The notes under the pieces were generated by a model. It had not been told where the DNA came from and made no database searches. It worked only from the letters and a program-made list of their open reading frames with translations. 64,000 nt of DNA from a virus (lineage: Duplodnaviria; Caudoviricetes): the IMG/VR virus record IMGVR_UViG_2974666281_000001, positions 64,001-128,000 of that record. One strand, written 5' to 3'. The position numbers and the translations under genes were made by a program. Below, one piece after another: positions 7,119 through 13,877 of this stretch (within the stretch, counting starts at the first letter, position 1; each line of letters starts with the position of its first letter).

Positions 7119-7246
7119 ATGTTCAGGGAGGACTCGAACCTCCAAGATTGCAGCCTCTCGTCGGGTTACCTCTTACTCAGCTGGGTGCTTAAACCAGCGT
7201 TTCAAATAGAGTTCGCCAATATGTCTACCGATTTCATCACTGAACA
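7119..7246 (-). ncRNA. tRNA-like RNA with expanded anticodon domain (T4 rnaC/rnaD-like stable RNA?)
   Basis: 7-bp acceptor TGTTCAG/CTGAACA; D-arm ATGAAATCGGTAGACAT; T-arm GGAGG-TTCGAGT-CCTCC; about 75-nt structured insert; no encoded CCA. Confidence 0.7.
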
Positions 7247-7258
7247 ATTAATTTTATA

Positions 7259-7711
7259 TCATTGAGCTTGAAGCATTTCACGTACGCGATAAAGATTAGA
7301 ACAGAACTCTTGTTCTGTTAGAACAGTTTCATTCTTCTTATTTTTACCCATACTATGAGTTAGTGTTGAGTTACGCGTAGCCAGGATAGCTCTCTTGAAA
7401 CCTTCATTCAAAGCCATAGCATGATATGCACGAGATATTAAAGTTGCATAGGCTGGACTCTGGCGCTGCATAGGAACACCTTTCCAATACAATGTTTGAG
7501 TTCGCCGCCAGTTCTTTTTCTTACCTTTGAACTTAGCTTTCTTACCAACTAATGTACAAACATGTTCTTGCATTTCTATAGAAGAAAACTTCAAAGACTG
7601 AAGAAAACCTTCCATTGATGCACATTGTACACCATCAATTTCGAAAGCATGAGGAGCAAAGTTGCTTAATGCACAACTTGGGTACATCGAACCTGAGCCG
7701 ATATCCATCAA
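7259..7711 (-). CDS. NADAR-family ADP-ribosylglycohydrolase, T4 gp30.3-like
   Basis: YPSCALSNFA...DG...EGFLQSLK...TLYWKGVP...SMG...TVLTEQEF matches gp30.3/NADAR motifs. Confidence 0.8.
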   Translation of the reverse strand: MMDIGSGSMYPSCALSNFAPHAFEIDGVQCASMEGFLQSLKFSSIEMQEHVCTLVGKKAKFKGKKKNWRRTQTLYWKGVPMQRQSPAYATLISRAYHAMALNEGFKRAILATRNSTLTHSMGKNKKNETVLTEQEFCSNLYRVREMLQAQ

Positions 7712-7932
7712 TAGTCTCCATTAGCAAGAAACATGTGAATATCATCAATATCTGTGATAATGTTTTCGATTTGGTCTTCAAAATTACAAAGCCAATTCAT
7801 TTCATTTGGAGATGAAATCCAATTAGCACATTGAATGCACTGATTACCAATTGAGTCTTGGTAAATCACTGCTTCAGAGTGTCCACCAGTTTTCCATTTG
7901 ATAATAGCAAAGCCTAAAGGATATTTTTTCAT
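7708..7932 (-). CDS. Hypothetical protein
   Basis: 74-aa ORF with ATGA overlaps to both neighbours. Confidence 0.7.
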   Translation of the reverse strand: MKKYPLGFAIIKWKTGGHSEAVIYQDSIGNQCIQCANWISSPNEMNWLCNFEDQIENIITDIDDIHMFLANGDY

Positions 7933-8180
7933 ATGTCCTCTACTTGAGCCATAACAGTGCGTTTACGAACGACACATCCATCGAACCTTGGGTCTTTCTT
8001 ACGAACTACAAAACCCGAAGGGAGAACGAATCCATTAACAGTTCGTAAGGCTTCTTCTAAATCATTAAAGCCTGTGGCCTCAATGAGTTCGTCAAAGGCC
8101 CAACCTGGGAATTCAGTACAATCAACGTACTGCGCATAGGCTTTTTTAACTGGACAATAGATAACAAAATCTTGTTGCAT
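7929..8180 (-). CDS. Hypothetical protein
   Basis: 83 aa from ATG 8180 (GAGGAAAATATA-ATG); a longer start would overlap a tRNA. Confidence 0.7.
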   Translation of the reverse strand: MQQDFVIYCPVKKAYAQYVDCTEFPGWAFDELIEATGFNDLEEALRTVNGFVLPSGFVVRKKDPRFDGCVVRKRTVMAQVEDI

Positions 8181-8199
8181 TATATTTTCCTCATGTATT

Positions 8200-8275
8200 T
8201 GGTGACCCTGACTGAGATTCGAACCAGTGACCAATCCCTTATGAGGGGAGCGCTCTACCGCTGAGCTACAGGGCC
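8200..8275 (-). tRNA. tRNA-CAT, probably Ile2 (lysidine type) or elongator Met
   Basis: CTCCC-CTCATAA-GGGAT; GGCCC acceptor resembles Ile2 tRNAs; extra base in T-stem. Confidence 0.85.
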
Positions 8276-8298
8276 ATTGTCAAAACATTGTTGCTTTG

Positions 8299-8324
8299 AA
8301 AATAGCCCTCTCCGAAGAGAGGAC
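8299..8324 (-). terminator. Intrinsic terminator
   Basis: GTCCTCTC-TTCG-GAGAGGGC-TATTTT. Confidence 0.75.
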
Positions 8325-8332
8325 AGAGGGTA

Positions 8333-8560
8333 TTAGCTACACATAAATTCTGCAACTTCATCGAAGCTATTCAGAATGTAATATAACTTAGGCTCACTCG
8401 TAGGAGTTGCCTTAATAGTGATACGTACACGACCGAACAGGTCTTCAGTCAGACCAACGATTGCACTTGAACGAACCACTGCTCGTCCGATTGGCAGGAT
8501 TTCGCCGGTAGCCAGAGCTTGCAGTTCAGTGTTGATTTCGATTACGATACGTTCAGACAT
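8333..8560 (-). CDS. Hypothetical protein
   Basis: 75 aa from ATG 8560 (MSERIVIEIN); flanked by its own promoter and terminator. Confidence 0.75.
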   Translation of the reverse strand: MSERIVIEINTELQALATGEILPIGRAVVRSSAIVGLTEDLFGRVRITIKATPTSEPKLYYILNSFDEVAEFMCS

Positions 8561-8589
8561 TTTGATTTCCATTTGTTGTTTCGATGTAG

Positions 8590-8622
8590 TAATAATAACA
8601 CGATTATTTTGAAGCGTAAACC
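8590..8622 (-). promoter_or_regulatory. Early (possibly early/middle) promoter
   Basis: GGTTTACGCTTCA...TGTTATTAT. Confidence 0.7.
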
Positions 8623-8633
8623 GTTCAGAGACT

Positions 8634-8655
8634 AAAAAGCCATCCGAAGATGGCT
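8634..8655 (-). terminator. Intrinsic terminator
   Basis: AGCCATC-TTCG-GATGGCT-TTTT. Confidence 0.85.
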
Positions 8656-8661
8656 GAAATT

Positions 8662-8736
8662 TGGAGCATCCAGAGAGAATCGAACTCTCATCTACTGGGT
8701 GGAAGCCAGTCATAATAGCCGCTATACGATGGATGC
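8662..8736 (-). tRNA. tRNA-Gly(TCC)
   Basis: ACTGG-CTTCCAC-CCAGT; U73; CCA. Confidence 0.95.
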
Positions 8737-8737
8737 T

Positions 8738-8811
8738 TGGCAGGCCCCGTAGGAATTGAACCCACGTCACTGAGGTTGGAGCTCAGGGTAATACCACTAT
8801 ACGAGAGACCT
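8738..8811 (-). tRNA. tRNA-Trp(CCA)
   Basis: CTGAG-CTCCAAC-CTCAG; G73; CCA. Confidence 0.95.
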
Positions 8812-8817
8812 ATTGTT

Positions 8818-8892
8818 TGGTGGGAGCTGTTGGTAACGATCCAACCTCTCGAGCTCTTCAGGCAAGCGCTAATCCATCTCAGCTAAACTCCC
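8818..8892 (-). tRNA. tRNA-Phe(GAA), atypical
   Basis: Intact acceptor and D-arm; anticodon stem CTTGC/GCTCG has two mismatches; T-loop lacks TTC. Confidence 0.7.
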
Positions 8893-8972
8893 AGATCCAC
8901 GAGAACTTTACTGGCATCGCGCCAAACCATTGCTGGAAGTTAGGGTACTATTTCTAGTCCGTGGTTGTCCCT
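8893..8972 (-). ncRNA. Candidate compact multibranched RNA with GNRA tetraloops
   Basis: CCACG/CGTGG closing stem; ACTA-GAAA-TAGT, CCA-GCAA-TGG and TGGC..GCCA hairpins; AACTT/AAGTT stem. Confidence 0.45.
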
Positions 8973-8979
8973 ATTTTTT

Positions 8980-9055
8980 TGGTGCGAATACCTGGGCTCG
9001 AACCAGGGACCTACCGCTTATCGGGCGGTTGCTCTACCAACTGAGCTATATTCGC
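8980..9055 (-). tRNA. tRNA-Ile(GAT)
   Basis: ACCGC-CCGATAA-GCGGT (C33 instead of U33); CCA. Confidence 0.92.
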
Positions 9056-9059
9056 GAAT

Positions 9060-9137
9060 TGGTCTCCATGCAAGGATTTGAACCTTGGACCTCCTGGTCC
9101 CAAACCAGGCGCTGCTACCAAACTGAGCTACACGGAG
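9060..9137 (-). tRNA. tRNA-Pro(TGG)
   Basis: CCTGG-TTTGGGA-CCAGG; CCA. Confidence 0.95.
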
Positions 9138-9138
9138 A

Positions 9139-9384
9139 TTAATTTATATCAAATATGGTGTTGTCTTTCCACATTTTAGCAAAAAGAGGAGAAACTTTTG
9201 TTAAACGATGAGCAACTTTAACACGATTATAATTGCCTTCAATTAAAGCACCATAGCCATTAATATCAGTTACCTTGGAAACAAGGACTTCGCCTACATC
9301 ACCCATGCTATTACATTTTAAGCCAATCATTACGAAATCGCCTACTGTAATAACTTTACCGTATTTGTCTAACAATGTCTTCAT
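9139..9384 (-). CDS. Hypothetical protein within tRNA array
   Basis: 81-aa ORF filling the Pro-Ser spacer. Confidence 0.7.
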   Translation of the reverse strand: MKTLLDKYGKVITVGDFVMIGLKCNSMGDVGEVLVSKVTDINGYGALIEGNYNRVKVAHRLTKVSPLFAKMWKDNTIFDIN

Positions 9385-9409
9385 AATTATTTATTCACCA
9401 TATTTTAAT

Positions 9410-9503
9410 TGGAGGAAGATGTGAGATTCGAACTCACGGGACCTGTCACCAGGACCTCCGCATTTCAAGTGTGGTGCAATTAGCCAGACTCTGCCAATCT
9501 TCC
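9410..9503 (-). tRNA. tRNA-Ser(TGA)
   Basis: CCACA-CTTGAAA-TGCGG; long variable arm; CCA. Confidence 0.93.
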
Positions 9504-9507
9504 GAAT

Positions 9508-9583
9508 TGGGGTGACCGGTGGAACTCGAATCCACGACATCCTGAATCACAATTAGGGGTTCTACCAACTGAACTACGGCCAC
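9508..9583 (-). tRNA. tRNA-His(GTG)
   Basis: CCTAA-TTGTGAT-TCAGG; C73; CCA. Confidence 0.92.
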
Positions 9584-9586
9584 ATC

Positions 9587-9676
9587 AATATTCTCTCTTG
9601 CAATCAAGATGCGTTGTCAGAATGTATTAGAATGAATCGCGTATTCAAACCATTTACACACTCAGAGAAAATATTA
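9587..9676 (-). ncRNA. Candidate structured spacer RNA between His and Gln tRNAs
   Basis: 12-bp closing stem AATATTTTCTCT/AGAGAGAATATT plus internal hairpins. Confidence 0.35.
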
Positions 9677-9679
9677 ATT

Positions 9680-9755
9680 TGGCTAGGGTATCTGGACTCG
9701 AACCAGAGCATGGGAGAATCAAAATCTCCTGCCTTACCAACTTGGCTATACCCTA
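9680..9755 (-). tRNA. tRNA-Gln(TTG)
   Basis: GGAGA-TTTTGAT-TCTCC; U1-A72; G73; CCA. Confidence 0.95.
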
Positions 9756-9761
9756 ATTATT

Positions 9762-10139
9762 TTAGAAACCGAAGCCCACACCTACACCGAATACAGCTTC
9801 TTCAGAAGTTGCTGCAACAGAAGCTTTAAAAGCAGCAGGAGCATCGTTTGGAACAAAATTAATACCAGCAGCTAATGCTTGTTCACTGTCAAAACCACCA
9901 AAGGCTACACCACCAGATAGTTGATGACCTGGAACTACTGGAATATTAGTCATGGCTGCTACACCAGCTACACCAGCAGCGGCATATTCGCGGGCTTTAG
10001 TTACTTGTGCATTTGTATTTAAAGCACCAGCTCGATAAGAGTTATCTTTTGAAGCTGCGTCGAAATCAATTGGAGGCAGAGCTGCAAAAGAAGAAGCACT
10101 CATTACCAGGGTCATAACTGCGATAGTATGTTTCATCAT
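9762..10139 (-). CDS. Secreted YadA-like trimeric autotransporter anchor protein (minimal passenger)
   Basis: Sec signal peptide MKHTIAVMTLVMSASSFA; AAAGVAGVAAMTNIP helix then four beta-strands ending in BAM signal GVGVGFGF. Confidence 0.8.
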   Translation of the reverse strand: MMKHTIAVMTLVMSASSFAALPPIDFDAASKDNSYRAGALNTNAQVTKAREYAAAGVAGVAAMTNIPVVPGHQLSGGVAFGGFDSEQALAAGINFVPNDAPAAFKASVAATSEEAVFGVGVGFGF

Positions 10140-10167
10140 TTTTCATTTCTCTTGTTGTTGGAGTTTA

Positions 10168-10194
10168 CATAATAACATATTATTTTAAAGCAAT
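10168..10194 (-). promoter_or_regulatory. MotA-dependent middle promoter for the YadA-like gene and downstream tRNAs
   Basis: ATTGCTTTA-N11-TATTAT. Confidence 0.75.
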
Positions 10195-10195
10195 T

Positions 10196-10272
10196 TGGAG
10201 GCGGGTGATGGACTCGAACCATCGCGTAACGGGATATGAACCCGTCATTCTACCAACTGAAGTTAACCCGCA
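10196..10272 (-). tRNA. tRNA-Met(CAT), initiator-like
   Basis: ACGGG-TTCATAT-CCCGT with three consecutive G-C pairs; 1:72 mismatch. Confidence 0.88.
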
Positions 10273-10397
10273 TCTATCCGGATTCCTGAAGTACAAACAA
10301 GTAGCTCGATGTAGAACACATAAAGTGGGAACAACTTACTTCGTCCTCGGCATTTACTTACAGGACTCTAACTCATCTTCAAGAACTGCCTCGTATT
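10273..10397 (-). ncRNA. Candidate structured RNA between fMet and Asn tRNAs
   Basis: 125-nt non-coding spacer; TCCTG-T-AAGTA ... TACTT-CAGGA long stem with inner stem. Confidence 0.35.
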
Positions 10398-10481
10398 TGG
10401 CGGGTAGTGTAGGATTCGAACCTACGTTGTCTTTCGACACGGATTAACAGTCCGCCGCTTAAACCGCTCAGCCAACTACCC
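10398..10481 (-). tRNA. tRNA-Asn(GTT) with long variable arm
   Basis: GCGGA-CTGTTAA-TCCGT; variable stem GTC-GAAA-GAC; G73. Confidence 0.9.
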
Positions 10482-10488
10482 ATTTATT

Positions 10489-10565
10489 TGGTGGGACATC
10501 ATGGACTCGAACCATGGACACCCGGATTAAAAGTCCGGTGCTCTAACCAACTGAGCTAATATCCC
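10489..10565 (-). tRNA. tRNA-Lys(TTT)
   Basis: CCGGA-CTTTTAA-TCCGG; CCA. Confidence 0.96.
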
Positions 10566-10570
10566 GAATT

Positions 10571-10645
10571 TGGTACTCTGTAGGAGAATTGAACTCCTCT
10601 TTCCTGCGTGAAAGGCAGGCGTCCTAACCGATAGACGAACAGAGC
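10571..10645 (-). tRNA. tRNA-Glu(TTC)
   Basis: CCTGC-CTTTCAC-GCAGG; CCA. Confidence 0.95.
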
Positions 10646-10649
10646 AATT

Positions 10650-10725
10650 TGGCGGACCTAACGAGATTCGAACTCGTGACGCTCCCGTGACAGGGGAGTA
10701 TTTTAACCGCTGAAACTATAGGTCC
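10650..10725 (-). tRNA. tRNA-Asp(GTC)
   Basis: CTCCC-CTGTCAC-GGGAG; G73; CCA. Confidence 0.95.
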
Positions 10726-10731
10726 TGAATT

Positions 10732-10820
10732 TGGTGCGCCGAGAAGGACTCGAACCTACGAAGCTCATTACAAGCAGAAGATTTACAGTCTCCACCCTTT
10801 GCCACTCGGGTCATCAACGC
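10732..10820 (-). tRNA. tRNA-Tyr(GTA)
   Basis: GGAGA-CTGTAAA-TCTTC; long variable arm; CCA. Confidence 0.93.
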
Positions 10821-10834
10821 AAAGAAGACGTTAA

Positions 10835-10842
10835 TATTTATA
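10835..10842 (-). promoter_or_regulatory. Late promoter of tRNA operon
   Basis: Perfect TATAAATA 14 nt upstream of tRNA-Tyr. Confidence 0.75.
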
Positions 10843-10895
10843 TCGATATTCTCGACATCGTCTTCGGCATGACTTGTTAAGCAAGTCCATGTATT

Positions 10896-10923
10896 AATAA
10901 TAACACTTAAAACTTAAAGCAAA
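10896..10923 (-). promoter_or_regulatory. Middle promoter of tRNA operon
   Basis: TTTGCTTTA-N12-TATTAT. Confidence 0.8.
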
Positions 10924-11112
10924 TTACCAATAGCCTTTTTGAATAATTTTGAATGAAGAATCAACAATTTGATACCCACCGCCGCATCCATAGCGCTCAT
11001 TTTGTTTAGCTTCAACAGGTTTCATAGCTTCTTCAATAGAATCGTATTCACCTTCAAGATCGTTTAACCCACCTGCTGGATAATAGGAATCCCACAAAAA
11101 TAATTTATACAT
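10924..11112 (-). CDS. Hypothetical protein
   Basis: 62 aa from ATG 11112 (MYKLFLWDSYYPAGG). Confidence 0.7.
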   Translation of the reverse strand: MYKLFLWDSYYPAGGLNDLEGEYDSIEEAMKPVEAKQNERYGCGGGYQIVDSSFKIIQKGYW

Positions 11113-11308
11113 CTTTTCGTTCCCATGCTTTATGAAGCATAAACAGTCCAACCAGCACAGATAAGATAAAGCTATTGATAACCAATAAAACAGAACCTGT
11201 AGCCATACCTAAAATAGCGTAGTCCCACTTACCAAGTTCATCTGGGATTTCATAGTTTTTGTTGAACCAGGTTTTGGCTTTCAGGAACAGTTCATTAATT
11301 TTTTGCAT
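11105..11308 (-). CDS. Small membrane protein
   Basis: 67 aa from ATG 11308; hydrophobic C-terminal half. Confidence 0.65.
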   Translation of the reverse strand: MQKINELFLKAKTWFNKNYEIPDELGKWDYAILGMATGSVLLVINSFILSVLVGLFMLHKAWERKDV

Positions 11309-11480
11309 TTGCGATTTTATCCATAATGAATGATACAACACCAGATGTAAATGCTACACCTAGAACGAGGATTGTTTCTTTAGTATCGATAACTCCAAGG
11401 CTTCCAGCGAAGATTGCAGTACCGACAGCTCCCAATGTTACTGCACTTGCAATGTTACGAATCAGTTCACAGCGTTTCAT
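11295..11480 (-). CDS. trna.4: Small 2-TM membrane protein, T4 tRNA.4 homolog
   Basis: MKRCELIRN...MDKI matches T4 tRNA.4; synteny. Confidence 0.8.
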   Translation of the reverse strand: MKRCELIRNIASAVTLGAVGTAIFAGSLGVIDTKETILVLGVAFTSGVVSFIMDKIANAKN

Positions 11481-11541
11481 TTTACATCTCCATTTGTTGG
11501 TGTAGGAGTACTATACCATGTTCAAATGGAGATGTAAACAC
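11481..11541 (-). promoter_or_regulatory. Early promoter whose -35/spacer is a 16-bp inverted repeat of the downstream RBS
   Basis: GTTTACA...TGGTATAGT; TTTACATCTCCATTTG (11481-11496) / CAAATGGAGATGTAAA (11523-11538). Confidence 0.8.
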
Positions 11542-11542
11542 T

Positions 11543-12595
<1,053 letters not shown>

Positions 12596-12596
<1 letters not shown>

Positions 12597-13288
12597 TATA
12601 TTACCTTTTTAATTTGTTCAAATAGTTGTTCTAAAGTACCAGTGTTCATTATAACACTGTCACCAGGAGAAATTGGAAGACCTGCTTCAGTTATGTGCGA
12701 GTCTTTGTTAGATTGATCGGTTTCAGGACGAACCACATGAACTATCGTAGCACCCATCGCCCTGAGCGTATCAATTTCGTGCACTTGACGAACATCTGGA
12801 ATGATATAGTAATCGTACCCAGAATAGAAATTGTCAAGATAATTTTCTGCAAATAATTTAACCCAATACATACAGTCGAGTTTATTGACAACCACATCTG
12901 TCCCAAGGGTCTGCATGAGACGTCGGATTGACCATTCCTCTACATTATTATTTAATACAGAAGAAATGGCGTCTTGGACTTTACTGTCATATTTGCTATG
13001 TCTGAAGTTGAAAACTTCGTGAAGAACTTCAATTGATTCACAAAGAATATCAAAGACATCTTCATTATTTACAGGGAGAATCATTTCTCGATCTATACCT
13101 TGACCTTCCCAATCTTCACCACGCAATTCATAGAGTTCATTCATATGAGTACGTTGCCAAGCAATATAGAGGGCATACTTAATAGGCATAGCGAGTTGCC
13201 ATTTTAAAGTTTTGTAATGTTCATTGATGTAATCAGCAGTAGTATCTTTACCACTACGCTTTTTACCTACAATCACTAAGAGTTTCAT
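12596..13288 (-). CDS. 1: dNMP kinase
   Basis: P-loop GKKRSGKDT; RRLMQTLGTD; PDVRQ. Confidence 0.95.
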
Positions 13289-13289
13289 A

Positions 13290-13877
13290 TTACCTCATTG
13301 ATGGATGCATAGACATTTTAGAAGCGATGTTCGCTTGAGCCGCAGAGTCAATCTGTGGCCGGCCTTGTACTATTTTACCATCAATTTCAACTTCGAAATA
13401 TTTGTACTGGAATGTTGCTGTTGAAGTTATAGCTGGGTCGCCATCTTCAGCATAGTTAAACTCTATTTCTGTTAAATCTGAAGGCCAAGCACCGTAATAA
13501 TGAATAGACATCATTATGTCAGTTTTCTTGTTGTTCAAGATATGAAGGGTTACCGCTTCTGGCTGTCCCTTTGGATGCCAGGCTTTGCTCTCGTGTGTAG
13601 AATAGTTGTTTAATGATAACATCCATTTGTAGATGTCGAGCCAACTGGTGAGCTCCCTGTCCACTAGGAATCGAACTACTAAAGGGTCAAATTCTAAAGT
13701 GGAACCGGGAAGATTTGCTCTACCTATGCCTTGAGTCCCAGATGGAAGATTGCTTGGTGGAATATGAATACCAGGGATTATTGCCATCTGGACGTTCATT
13801 TTAAACGTCTCTGTTAAGCCAGAATCGGCTATCTCGAGAATGAAGTTAGTAGTGTTAGTTTGGTTATGTAATGACAT
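13290..13877 (-). CDS. 3: Tail tube terminator / sheath stabilizer gp3
   Basis: NQTNTTNF, LPGSTLEFDPL, HYYGAWPSDL. Confidence 0.93.
   Translation of the reverse strand: MSLHNQTNTTNFILEIADSGLTETFKMNVQMAIIPGIHIPPSNLPSGTQGIGRANLPGSTLEFDPLVVRFLVDRELTSWLDIYKWMLSLNNYSTHESKAWHPKGQPEAVTLHILNNKKTDIMMSIHYYGAWPSDLTEIEFNYAEDGDPAITSTATFQYKYFEVEIDGKIVQGRPQIDSAAQANIASKMSMHPSMR

Noticed and set aside
6852-10447. ORF-track calls overlapping tRNA genes (6852-7265, 6877-7080, 8930-9142, 9614-9829, 10205-10447) and N-terminal extensions of 6497, 7929 and 8333
   Set aside because: They are antisense to or run through clear tRNA cloverleafs; better starts with SD sequences exist downstream
6949-10820. Regularly recurring TTCGAA / TTTGG motifs resembling a CRISPR array
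   Set aside because: These are tRNA T-loops and CCA ends; there are no identical direct repeats and no cas genes
6949-10820. Suppressor tRNA or alternative genetic code
   Set aside because: No CTA/TTA/TCA anticodon among the 17 tRNAs, and all core genes are full length in code 11
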